Below are positions 36,153-47,947 of a stretch of DNA of 64,000 nt, piece after piece. The stretch comes from Hypanus sabinus (lineage: Eukaryota). The position numbers were made by a program, and so were the translations under genes. Below the pieces are notes generated by a model that saw only the letters and a program-made list of their open reading frames with translations, made no database searches and had not been told where the DNA came from. The stretch spans positions 26,226,001 to 26,290,000 of the forward strand of contig NC_082731.1 in assembly GCF_030144855.1 (NCBI RefSeq). The letters are read 5' to 3'. Position 1 is the stretch's first letter, and every line of letters begins with the position of its first letter.

Positions 36153-37117
36153 GAAAGTAGGGCAATATATTTATGAAAGCGTCAAGATAAGAAAGTGTCG
36201 ACATTGTGTGTGTTAACTCCTGCCAAATTTTATCTTTAAACTAAATCCCTTTATTGTGCAGCAACGTAACGCAGATACCGAAACTGCAGCGTCGAGTCTG
36301 ATCTCCGCTCTTTTCTATCAGTGTGGACCTTGAGCGTCTCCTTCTGATAGTGTGGGATTGCTTTGGGACCTCTAGTTCCATCCACGTTACAAAGAACTGC
36401 AAGTTTGGGGAAGGGTTTTGTTCGCCACTGGAATTAGGCACAGGCGGGTGGGTATGTGGTCAAATCTGGAGCAAGTGGGAGCGGAGTTTCATGGCATGTG
36501 GGTAGAATAAAATGGTACTGATGTGGATCGTTCTGAGTAGCTGTTTGGTTGTCAATATGCATCTTTCGGTGACTCCATTTACTTACTTTAAATTTCAACT
36601 AATCTCTGTACCAAGATAACCTCTTCAGCTCCGAACTGCAGGAACATTAATTGGTCCTGTGCTCTAGCTGCTTATAGGGGAAAATACAAACAATGTCGAA
36701 GAAACATATCACAAAGTAAACCATTAATACGTATTATCCCATATACTGTCCAGGCATTTGATTGCCGACTAATAACTATGTGCACTAAAACGAGGGCAAT
36801 GAACAGGACTTCCGTGAGGCACCACTGCTACTGGTGAGTTAAATTTAACACAATGCTAATTTAGATGTTTGAACTGTAAGTCGTGATTAATATAAACCCT
36901 CGTTCCTTCAAAACTTTCCTTGAATAAAATGGAGAAACGGCAATAGTATGGTTGCTTTCTCTGTCCAGTTCGTTTCATGATACAGGTAGATAGCATTATG
37001 TCAAAAACGGTATGACGCACGAAAATAAAAAGTTGCACGTGAAAGAAATTGGAGTCAGCCCGTCGTTTACAAATCAATACAGCCCCAGGACATTTTGTAC
37101 TGCCGGTTGGCATTGTG

Positions 37118-37183
37118 TGAATTTTGAGAGCAGTGTGAACAAACTGACATTCGGATCAGGAACCAAGTTAACCGTGACGCCCA
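37118..37183 (+). CDS. TRAJ: TRAJ segment NFESSVNKLTFGSGTKLTVTP
   Basis: RSS acattttgt(37090)-12-cattgtg; donor gtaagt. Confidence 0.94.
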
Positions 37184-38428
37184 GTAAGTGTATCAAAACA
37201 ATGTTCATTAAAGTCCTTGCACTCGTAACAAAAAGATAAAATCCGAGCATAATCAACAGGTCAGACAGAAAGTAGGGAAAGAGACAATTCTGCATTACCA
37301 GTTAAGTTTCGAAAACCCGACCTGTTCCGTGTTACCCGCGTATTCTCCTCTTAGCTCAGATTTCCAAACATTTCAAGGACGTTTTATGATTTGTAGTGCT
37401 ACTTTTACTGTCCAATTCGCAAATAGGCAAATTTTGTTCAAAAAGCAGAAGTTATAGAAACAGCAAGTCAAGCAGCATCTGTGGAGGTAAACGAGCCATC
37501 AAAAGAAGCTAGGAGTCCCATGCCCATTCCCGATAGACCAATCTCATCTGACTCTTTCCCTTTTTCCCTGTATCCCTGCAACTTAATCTCATTCAGATGC
37601 AAATTTACTATGCAGACTATCAATCAACAATTATAATAGTAAACCCTCAACCGGACACATCGAATGTGTTCTTAAACTATTGGTTCCATTTGTTGCTCTA
37701 GGTTTCAATGATATAAAATATCGGCCGCGTACCGGCGTAACCGAGACAGCCAGTAAGTGTTTCGGATAGGCAAGTCTCAAAATACTATCCTTTAATTTAT
37801 AAATCTGCTCTGCTGTCTTGCAAGACTATCGGAAACACAAATGCAACAGGCAATTGTACTAAAGTTGAAATAATGTTCGAGAAAATAGCAGTACAGCGCA
37901 GATGGTACAGTGGCGCAGCACGTGGAGCTGGTGCCGTCCAGCTCCAACTATCAGCTTTCATTCCAAATCTCCAAGGCTGAGTGCATGGGGTTTGCACGTT
38001 GTGGCAAAGACTGCGTGGATTTCCTCCCACAGCCTCCTAATTTGCAGTTTGGTAAATTAATTGGCCACTGTAAGTTCTCACTGGTGTGCACGTCTAATCG
38101 GGAGGAATTGATAGGATTACCGTGAAAATAAAATGGGTTCAATGGGCCTGGGTACCTGATGCTCCACGCGGAATCGATGGGCAGAATTATGTGCTTCCGT
38201 GATACTCTATCATAATTCTAAAAAGAAATAAAGTGTTCACAGAAGCATAAACTAATTTATTGGGAACATGTGTCGAATGACAGAGTTTCCCACAAAGAGT
38301 GAGAAAACAGAGTTGGAAGTAGCCCCGTGAGGAGATGGTAGGTTTTGAACTGGTGAGACAATTCAGGAAGACAGTTTCAAACTCAGGTCTGATTGCAAAA
38401 CATTTTTGTGCTGGAGTCGGACGATGTG

Positions 38429-38491
38429 TGAATACAGCTGCAGGAACGCCGTTGATATTTGGCGTCGGAACCAAGCTGATGGTAGAACTCA
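38429..38491 (+). CDS. TRAJ: TRAJ segment NTAAGTPLIFGVGTKLMVEL
   Basis: RSS catttttgt(38401)-12-cgatgtg; donor gtaagt. Confidence 0.9.
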
Positions 38492-39489
38492 GTAAGTAGG
38501 GCAATATATTTATGAAACAGCGATTGTCAATTGATAGCAAAGTGGTCGATAATGTGTGTATTAACAAAATTTTATCTTTAAACTAAATTTCTTTATTGCG
38601 TGGCAACATAATGCAGTTACCGAAACTGCAGTCACGACTCTGACCTCTGCTGTTTTCTGGCTGTATCGAGCGTGAATGTTCCACTTCTGATGGTGTGGGT
38701 TTACTTCGGGTCCTCTAGTTTCATCCACGTTCCAAAGCCTTGCGAGTTTGGGGAAGGGTTTAGTTGGTCAATGCAAATTGGCACTGGCAGGTGGGTATAT
38801 GGACAAATCTGGAGCGGGGGCAGAATTTGATGGGCACGTAGGTAGAATACAATGGTACTGATGCGGATCGTTGTAAATCGCTGTGTGGTTGTCAGTATGC
38901 ATCTTTCCGTGACTGCATTGCCCTATCTAAGGAAGTTCAACAAACCTCTGGACCAAGATAACATCTTGTGCTCTGAACTGCAGGAATTTTAAGATCCTAT
39001 ACTCTTAACTGCTTATAGGGGAAACTACAAAAAATATCGAAGAAACATATCACAAAGTGAATCGGTAATGCGTATTAGGCCCATTATGCTGTCCAGGCAT
39101 TTCATTGCCGACTAATAATAATTATGTAAACTATAACGAGGCTAATGAGCAGGACTTCCCTGGGGCGCGACTGGTACTGATGAGTTATATTAACCACAAT
39201 GCTAACTTAGATGATTGAACCGAGAATCGTGATTAATATAACTCCTCGTTCCTCCAGTGCTGCCGTGTTTTCAGATGCAAGCTGTGCCGAGTTGAATAAA
39301 ATGGCAAAATGTAAGTCTTATGGTTGCTTCCTCTGTCCAGGTCGTTTCATGATACAGGTAGCTGTCATTTTGTCAAAAACGGTATGACATGTGAAAATTA
39401 AACGTAGCATGTGAAAGAAATTTAGGTCAACCTGTCGTCTACAGATCACTACTGCCCCAGGGCATTTTGTACTGCCGGTTGGCACTGTG

Positions 39490-39555
39490 TGAATGATGGT
39501 AGCGGTGTGAACAAACTGATATTCGGATCAGGGACCAAGTTAACCGTGACGCCCA
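39490..39555 (+). CDS. TRAJ: TRAJ segment NDGSGVNKLIFGSGTKLTVTP
   Basis: RSS gcattttgt(39462)-12-cactgtg; donor gtaagt. Confidence 0.95.
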
Positions 39556-40821
39556 GTAAGTGTATCAATGCAACGCTCGTTAATGTCCTTGCTCTCGTAA
39601 CAAAAAGATAAAATCTGAGCATTACCATTAGGTCAGACAGAAACTATGGAAAGAGGCACCTCTGTATCAACGGTTCAGTTCTAAAACCCAACCTGTTCCG
39701 TATTGCCAGCGTGTTCTCTCCTTCGAGTAGATTTCCAAACCCTTCAATGCTGTTTTATGATTTGTAGTGCTGTTTTTAGTGCCCAATTTGCAAATAGGCA
39801 AATTCCGATCAATACGCAAGTCAGGCAGCATCTATGGAGGTAAGTGGGCCATCGATCTACGATAGGAGTCTGTATACATATACAAATAATGTTGAAGTTT
39901 TAAGGCCAATACTAGGAGCAGCCACATACTATGGGATGCAAGCAGAAGAAGAGGGATAATAATAGGAGTTAATAATTGGAGATATGTCAAAAAGAATTGA
40001 ATAGCATTTTATTTCAAGCTTTCTGGGTTGTTCAACTTTGTGTCTGACAGCAGCTCTTTAGGGTTGAGTAAATGTTGACCGGTAATGTTCTTGAGATGAG
40101 ATTAAGCGTTGTGTACATACAGGAACAACTCCACCGATAATTGAAAAGGGAGCCCAATTGAACATTATCCTGAGAAAGAAAGAGATTATGTTGATGAATA
40201 TATTCAGTGCCAAACCCATTGCTCAAGAGGTATCTGGAACTGGATGTGAAATATTACTATTTGCAAATGAAGTATATAAATACAGTTAACAAATAGTCAA
40301 CCTTGGAATAACTTCCAGGCCTGTGAATGAAGGATATGTTTTCTGTCCTCGGTATTTCTAACACAGCTGTGGTGTTATTCTGAGAGTTAGCCTTTTTCCT
40401 GTTAATCGTGTCCAAATGAATTCACAGGGGGTCGTAGCGAGAATTCACTACACTGGTTACAGAGATGTCCAGTTTACTGACAGAATTTGTAGAGACTGCC
40501 ATCTCGAGTACTATGGAATCAGAACAGATCTTTTCAAAGCTTGCAATATTATTCAAGTGCTTGTCAGGCTGAATGTTCGCCATTCATACCTGAACTTTAA
40601 TAGCTCTTCAATTGTGAGCTATGTGCAGTGAAGTTAAACAAACTGAACATGATATGGAAACAGTAAAATAATCAGTCTATATAATTATACAGTCGAGGAA
40701 GCTTTCGTTAGGTTGTTGACAGCACAAGAAACATCAATGGAAACACTCAGAAATATTATATTAGTGAGGCCCTTAATAAATGCACATAATCACTAGATGC
40801 TTTGTACTGCTTGCTATTGTG

Positions 40822-40890
40822 GTGCGGGTACGCATACAATCGTCAATAGGCTATCAATCGGCTGAGGAACGATGTTAAACTTTAAACTCA
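40822..40890 (+). pseudogene. Probable pseudo-TRAJ (...NRLSIG*GTMLNFKL)
   Basis: atgctttgt-9bp-tattgtg; atc ggc tga gga acg atg tta; donor gtaact. Confidence 0.5.
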
Positions 40891-41024
40891 GTAACTGTTT
40901 CAGATGGTGATTGCTGGTATCTAATTTCTAAACGTCCACTCCAGGTGATCAAAAAGCGTAAATGGTGCGCAGAAAGAGTCAGCATTAATTAGAGGGTCGA
41001 ATGTCTGCCGTTAAGTTGCAATAT

Positions 41025-41027
<3 letters not shown>

Positions 41028-41062
<35 letters not shown>
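41028..41062. repeat. (AT)n microsatellite
   Basis: About 17 AT units. Confidence 0.98.
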
Positions 41063-41063
<1 letters not shown>

Positions 41064-41503
41064 TATCGTTAACCTACAGTGTAAAACACGCACAGTAAGT
41101 CCCAGGACATAGTAGCGAAATTAGTTAACGTCGTTGCTGTTAGTAATGAACTATCCATCCCTGAAAATTGTGTCAGAATTGGGCAATCGTGAAAAGGTTG
41201 GCGATAGACCTCCTTGTAGCATAAGTAGGAAATTTCACTGAGAGTACAGTGTGTCGAGATTTGAAGTTACTGAAGAAAAAGCTTCCATCTAAATTGACAT
41301 GGCCACATATTAATCTTCCGCGATTAAAATAATCAGTTTATTCAAGGGATACAATTGTTCAGCGGAATAGTTTAAACAGAGCCACTTATTCTTTGCCTTC
41401 GTGGCGTTTTTTGGTGGGAGATGTGTCCTTTTTGGGACAGGGGGCAGCAAAAACTGTTAATGCGGAAATTGTGGAGGTTTTTGTGAAGGAGTTAGGCGTT
41501 GTG

Positions 41504-41566
41504 TGAATAGCGGAGGAGCTACCCCTCTGATATTTGGAAGTGGGACCAGGCTGACCATAGAACCCA
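41504..41566 (+). CDS. TRAJ: TRAJ segment NSGGATPLIFGSGTRLTIEP
   Basis: RSS ggtttttgt(41476)-12-cgttgtg; donor gtaagt. Confidence 0.95.
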
Positions 41567-42565
41567 GTAAGTAAGATAACATGCTAATAAGTAGAATCGC
41601 CATCCACAGCTAGTCACTCTAATTGAAAGCAGCAATATATACCAGTAAAATATTATTAAAGAAGTGTATCTGAGAAACAGTGTTTCCCTATCGGTACACC
41701 ACCAAGACATGTAACCAAAAAAAAGTACTAATATATATCCTGTTGCCCCTCTTCGTTTGCGAATTTTCAACAAAATTCGTGGACTCTTACCAGAGGAATG
41801 AATAAGGACGGACGAAGCAAATAAGTGTGTGCGGACAAATAATGGTGCTTTAGAATTGCATCGAATATTCTAGGAAATTGATTGAGGTAAAACGTACATT
41901 TTCGTAAGGCTCTTCAGATGCAGAGGCCCTCAGATAAACCATAGCATATTTGAAGTAAATGTTTAACAATTCTGTTCATTATAACTGAAGGAGGCTAAGT
42001 TCTCGAGTCTGACTTCTGTGGATGAGGCTGTTAAGATTAATGTAATTTGGAACATGTGTTGAATGAACGATTCAGGTAATCACATAATCAAGACAAGAAC
42101 TGTTATTGAGAAGTCAACTGAAGATTGGATATGGAGGGGAAAATTTTCACACGGAGGGCGGTGTGTATATGGAATGAGCTACGAGAGAAAGCTGTAGAAG
42201 CAGGGCAATCATCAGGATTGATAGGCATTAGAGGTCAATATATGAATAGGGAAGGCAGAGATGTAGAAAAAAATGAAGGGAAATGGGACTCGCCAAGATT
42301 AACACCTTAGTTGCCATAGATGTAACCAATACCCAGTTGTCATGCTGTCTAACACAAGGATTCTGGTAAAGAGAAACAGTATTCATCCTGTTTATCTTTC
42401 CACTGATTCTGTCTGGTCTGCTGTGTGTTTGCAGGATAGCATAGTTAGTTGTAGATTTCCAGAATATGCAATTATTTTATTTAAAATTCCAAGAATTTTA
42501 TGAGAAGTCTGTCTATAGATACGAAAAGAGCTCGACTGCTTTTTGAGTTGGTGAGTAGCATTGTG

Positions 42566-42631
42566 TGAATACTGGTACATCCATAAGTAGACTGATATTT
42601 GGTTCAGGAACCAGGTTAAGGGTGCTACCTG
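42566..42631 (+). CDS. TRAJ: TRAJ segment NTGTSISRLIFGSGTRLRVLP
   Basis: RSS gctttttga(42538)-12-cattgtg; donor gtaagt. Confidence 0.93.
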
Positions 42632-43561
42632 GTAAGTGCTTCAAACCCCTATTTCTCTGCGTCCTTGGCAACATCTCGAATTTGTAGCATATCTTCAGAG
42701 GAAAAAGTATGTGAAGGAATGAGCGGTGTATTGTATAGAAGCTATGATTTAGCACATATATAAGACTACAATAATGCTCGCACGAAGAAATATGCTATAC
42801 ATTCGATGAAATGAAGCGACATGTTCAGACTGTATCAGGAGAAGGTTAATGAGGAACAGAACGTTGATGGAAGTTATTAAATAGTAGTTTTTGGCTACCT
42901 TAACTGGACATCAGAAGGCTTTAAGGCAGCAAATGGATGGAGACGGTTGGGTGGCGAAGTTACGTTTTATGAGAGTGTCTTTTCCAATCTTTTCTGATAT
43001 TTAAAATGGCGTCTCAGAACACAAGTAAGCCAGCTAACAGGTGAATGTAATGCACAAAAATAATCCGTCTAAAATACAAAATTATATGATAAAATATTAT
43101 AGAAGTGTGCAGTGCCGTCTAGTTTTAAATATGTGGATGACCAGAGAATTAGGAAGGAAAGAATGTGAGAAGGAATAGTTTACATGAAAATAAGTGGATA
43201 CATGGAACTGAAGGAATGTTCAGAATAGACTAGATGAGACTAATGGCGTCCTATGTCATAATTTAATATGAAAATTGAATTAACTCAATTTAATGCAGTT
43301 TTTGATAATTAAATGCAATGGAGAGCAATAGGACATTTAGATGCGGAATCGACTCTATTACACAAGGCAATGCGAGTTATTTGTCCCCAGCACACCAATA
43401 ATGGATTGGGGAGATGTAAAGGGTTTAACAGGAGAATATTCACGAAGAATAAGAATAGGAGTAATTTTAGTTCCATTATTTTATTGCGCTGTAACTGGAC
43501 CAGAGATCTGAGCGAATAAGTGTTCAGTTGGGGGGTTTTTGTGACAGGCTCACGCGTTGTG

Positions 43562-43624
43562 TGTCTGGAGGAGCAGCTACTCCTCTAATATTTGGAGGTG
43601 GGACGAAACTGATCGTCGAGCCCA
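43562..43624 (+). CDS. TRAJ: TRAJ segment SGGAATPLIFGGGTKLIVEP
   Basis: RSS ggtttttgt(43534)-12-cgttgtg; donor gtaagt. Confidence 0.95.
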
Positions 43625-44538
43625 GTAAGTGTTGTTAGTTACAGACAATTCCTCAAAAGTAATGTATGGTTTAGTAACATATCATTATACTGGCATTAAT
43701 CTGTGTTTGGAGAATATTTGGGCGTATAAAGAAAGATATATATTGTACCCTATATAATACCTCGTGCTTTAATGGTAGCAAGGTAAATGTTACACCGTTT
43801 AGAGGGTAAAGCGGGTATAAATTACAGTAGGGCGAGAAATTGGTGTGATTCTGACTGTTGGTTAAAAGAGAACGACAAGTGATAGCCATTTGAAGTATAA
43901 CTACAAAATTGGCAGGTCAACAAGGTCAAAGGACAAAGAAGCAGAGTAATGCTTTAAGTCGAGCACGCCATGTAAGTAGTGCATCTCTCAATATTGCCAT
44001 AAGTGGTCTATCAATAGTCTTAAAAGACTAGTTGGGCACAAGGAGCTTCAGAAATTAAACTCTCTTTATGAAATTTTCATTATTACTGAACGGCTCCATT
44101 TGGTCGGGTGTGAGTGCAGTGCAGTGTCGAAACCAGTAAGTGACCACAAACTGTTTATTGCCATGATCAAGCACAATCTTAAAGAAAATATATAAACAAA
44201 TAATTTGTGCAATATTTTTCTAAAATTTTGCCAATATTAGCACTGCCTCTGGGTGTGTCAGCAAAAGATGCATCAGGTTCGCAACTACATCCAGAAAACG
44301 GTCTGATAATTCGAAGCCATATTAATAAGTATTAAACCCCCTGAAAGCATTTTATTGGTGAATTGTCTGAACTGATTTCAGACCGATTTCCCTTAAAATA
44401 AAGAGTTAATAAATTAACCCACAAACTGTGGGATTTTCAATATTAGCGTAGATTTGATTTATATGAGGACAAAAAAGCCCAAGGAAGGTAAGGCAGGATT
44501 AATATACAGATTACATGGAAGTACACAGAACGATAATG

Positions 44539-44592
44539 ATACTCTCGGACGTTTTTGCACTGTACATACTCTCGGACGTTTTTGCACTGTAC
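44539..44592 (+). repeat. Perfect 27-bp tandem duplication containing the RSS nonamer
   Basis: atactctcggacgtttttgcactgtac twice (44539-44565, 44566-44592). Confidence 0.97.
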
Positions 44593-44604
44593 ATTAATGC
44601 TGTG

Positions 44605-44664
44605 TGTATGCTGGGAATAATAGGTTATCATTTGGCCCAGGAACGAAGTTAATCGTGACACCCA
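44605..44664 (+). CDS. TRAJ: TRAJ segment YAGNNRLSFGPGTKLIVTP
   Basis: RSS cgtttttgc(44577)-12-tgctgtg; donor gtgagt. Confidence 0.93.
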
Positions 44665-45404
44665 GTGAGTACTTCTTCGTAATGCTTGTTTTTTTTTTCT
44701 GGACTGATATAGTGCTGTGGGCGTACTTGAATGGGATGGGACACGCTAGGAGAATGACCTAGGAGATGGTACATATGGGGGAAATGTGACTTCATCCAAT
44801 ATGATAAATGTTGCTATCAGTTGAGTAAGCAGTTAAGATTTAAAGGGAGATGTGTAACATGAATAGCAATGTAAAAGCGGGGTAAACAAAGTAAAGTATA
44901 GTATATTACAAGCGAACTTCAATTGCAAAGTAAATGTACCCTAATACGAGTACATTGGGTCCTTAAGTTCCCTTTGCAGAATAGCCTCCCTAATTGAAGA
45001 AGAGATTACTAAAGATAGCAGAAGGTTATACAACCGTTCTTCAGATTTATTCCTGAGCTGGGGGTGGCATTAGGTTCTTTTGAGGACTGGGGAGAGATGT
45101 GACTATTCCTGAGGAGACATCAAGCAGATTGACTTTTTGAGGCTCAGCCGAATGAGGATTCAGCTTGTGGAAAAACTGAAAACTCCTCTGGGTCGGCGCG
45201 GGGGTGGAAAGGGGGGAGGGAAGGATTAATTTTCACAATCTAAGACAATGCAAACCGTTTTATCTGGCAAGAATTATCGTCCAAAGTAGCTAATATTCCA
45301 ACGATTCAGGACAAAGGACGGTAGAGGCAGCATGCCGACAGTAAGATGTAATCACTGAATAGACATCTGCTGGAAACGTTCTCGTGAGGATGTTATGCAT
45401 TGTG

Positions 45405-45467
45405 TGAGTTTAAGTGGTGTTAATCAAATGATATTTGGAAGAGGGACCAGGCTGACCATAGAATCGA
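45405..45467 (+). CDS. TRAJ: TRAJ segment SLSGVNQMIFGRGTRLTIES
   Basis: RSS cgttctcgt(45377)-12-cattgtg; donor gtaagt. Confidence 0.9.
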
Positions 45468-46039
45468 GTAAGTAAAACAACGCATTAAGAAACTTAATGA
45501 CCACCATTCTGTAGCTCCACTGTACTTCAGTAAGAGGGTGTTACTTAGTGCCCAACGGGGATGGCCATTTCGTCTTGGAAACGGAAGATAGAACTGTGTA
45601 CATAATAGGTCAGTGTTAATTTGTAACCCAAATAGGTTATGTTCATTCTGAAGAGTTTCGGCTAAGAACGCATTTCTACTTGAAACACTTCAGATGTGAA
45701 ATGCATTGTCCAAATTCGCTTTATTTTCATATAAATAATTACCTTTATTGATATTCATTATCTTTCTTCTTTTGCTGAATTACAGCTCTCTAAGTTTAGT
45801 GAAGTTGGAAAACTCTCACTTAGCAGAGCGATTATAAGTTCATGGAACATACTTCAACAATTTGAAGAGAATTCTGTCATACAAGTAGACAGCTTTATAC
45901 TAGACTTTGTAAGCTCGTCTGTATAACAAATTGACCGAGGGTCTTTTTCAATCAGGGACAGTTATTGTCCAGGGTGTGGGGTGGGGGGAGGTTCTGTAGA
46001 TTTCAGGCTAAACTTGGAAAAGGGAACTGAGAATCAAAA

Positions 46040-46545
46040 TAAGAACTAGGTTTAATATCACCTGCATATGTAATGACACTTGTTGTCTTTACAGCAGCAG
46101 TACAATGCAATACATAATAACAGAGAAAGAAACTATGAATTACAGTAATATATTTATTAAATGGTTAAATTAAATAAGTAGTGCAAAAAATGAAAATAAA
46201 ACTGTAGTGAGGTAGTGTTCATGGATTCAATGTCCATTCTGCAATTGGATGACAGAGGGGAACAAATTGTTTCTGAATCGATGAGTGTGTGCCTTCAGGC
46301 TCTTGTGCCTCGTTCCTGATGAATGCAATCACAACAGCGAATATCCCTGGTGGCGTGGCCCTCAATGATGGATGCCGCTTTTTGAGGCATCGCTCCTTGA
46401 AGATGTTTTTGGTACAACGGAGGCTAGTGCCGTCGAACCTTCTTTGTAGCTGCACCGACATACTAGGTCCTAGATACTTTCTAGGAGATTTGACATCCAG
46501 TGGCTTGGAACTGCTCACTCTCTGGTCCCTCTGTGCGGATTGATG
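46040..46545 (-). mobile_element. Rex1/Babar-like LINE 3' fragment
   Basis: Tail gaatcaaaataagaactaggtttaatatcac and body tcttgtgcctcgttcctgatg...gatggatgccgctttttgaggcatcgctcc. Confidence 0.6.
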
Positions 46546-46583
46546 TCCTTAATGAAGGATCATAACCTTATAGTGACACCGAG
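46546..46583 (+). pseudogene. 3' remnant of a TRAJ (...EGS/NLIVTP) abutting the LINE
   Basis: gaaggatcat aac ctt ata gtg aca ccg a|gtaagt; 5' half and RSS absent. Confidence 0.45.
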
Positions 46584-46942
46584 TAAGTGGGAATTCTTCA
46601 CTTATTCTCATACTTTGTGCTGAATGGTAGATATGGTGACGGGTTCTTTCTTTTCAACTCACAAAGAAAACAACTTAAGGAATATTCAGAAAGGAGTTCG
46701 TGAAAAAAGTTTAATTGGAATGCACGATATTGGAATAGGAAGAACCCAATATTCCCATATTTTAAATTTAAGAGCATTTTCAATGTGTTCGTCTTTTGGT
46801 CTTCGGTGACGTCGGTGACATCTCAGACATTGGAAAATCAACGAAATAAATTGGTGGAAGCCATTCAGTCTGAACGGATGAAATGGTGAAGTAGTGATTG
46901 AATCTGACCACAGAGGTTTTTGTGATGGTGTTAATCGTTGTG

Positions 46943-46999
46943 TGTATCAAGGAAATATATTGAAGTTCGGGAGTGGAACCAGACTTACAGTAAAACCCA
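46943..46999 (+). CDS. TRAJ: TRAJ segment YQGNILKFGSGTRLTVKP
   Basis: RSS ggtttttgt(46915)-12-cgttgtg; donor gtaagt. Confidence 0.95.
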
Positions 47000-47887
47000 G
47001 TAAGTATGAAAGCCTGCTATAATATTCAGTAATTAAGTGCCTTGTCATGCAGTAGCATATTCCTTAATCTATAACCAAAAATGACCGATAAGTTGATACA
47101 GCAGCTACCTTGCATCAAAACGACTACCAGTTGGCAAACATAGCTATAATCTGTACATAACGCATAATTCATTTGTAATACAGAATGTGTCTTCTATTAA
47201 TTCTATAAGAAAATCAATAACATTACAGAGCAGCACTTCATAGAAATGAACAAAAAAATCACAGGAGAAGCTGGTATTTGGCATTATTCCGAATATCCAC
47301 TTCAAATACTGAATCCTGGATTCAAATTAATTATTCTAATATATTGTCAAAGTTAGACCTCTCTCAGGCTGATACCACGTCAGATAGTAACTGACCGTGA
47401 ATATTTTTCCTCATTTGTCATTATTACTGAGCGATAACTCTTCATTCGTCAATGGTATATGGCTTATTTTTCATATGTCAATCATGATACCAAAAAATAT
47501 ATATTATTCGGCCTATCAGGTGCGTACCAGTTCATGGAAAAACAATCGCATCAGTCCTGTTCCATTTTTAACTTCCCTATAATACTGTAACTTATTGTCT
47601 GTTGAATACCCATAAACTCCCGTTTGCAGTCTCTAGATAACTTCGATGCACTCCTTTAGAATGCAGGAGGAAACCGGCGCCAGTGTGAGGATCCTTAGCG
47701 AATACTGGGAAAAAGTGCAACCTCCATGCAGCACACAGGATCAAATGCTCCGAATTCTTTTGAAATAGAATATGATTAAGATCGTCAATGGTTAAAAGTC
47801 GATGAAAGTAACAAATTTAGAGACTAGCTTGATGCTTCGCTGTCTGATTATCCGAGGATGGTTTTTATATTGGTGATAGGGGCTGTG

Positions 47888-47947
47888 TGAATGTGGGTAA
47901 TGACAGGCTGATATTCGCTGCGGGAACGAAACTAACCGTGATGCCAA
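47888..47947 (+). CDS. TRAJ: TRAJ segment NVGNDRLIFAAGTKLTVMP (FAAG variant)
   Basis: RSS ggtttttat(47860)-12-ggctgtg; donor gtaagt. Confidence 0.87.

Larger units (their letters stand above)
32990..39870 (+). repeat. Tandem triplication, unit about 2.35 kb, two J per unit
   Basis: Paralogous J ends at 33341/36152/38491 and 34808/37183/39555, with alignable intergenic DNA. Copy 1 is longer by a CR1 insert. Confidence 0.95.

Noticed and set aside
33362-38567. Recurring 60-137 aa ORFs in the triplicated units as a novel gene family
   Set aside because: They overlap SINE-like sequence or the antisense strand of Js, and frames and stops are not conserved between copies.
44099-44141. tttggtcgg...gtcgaaacca|gtaagt as another pseudo-J
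   Set aside because: One codon too long, has an internal stop and no RSS; too weak to call.
44550-44604. Dual 12/23 RSS created by the duplication
   Set aside because: The distal nonamer is 39 bp from the heptamer, not 23.
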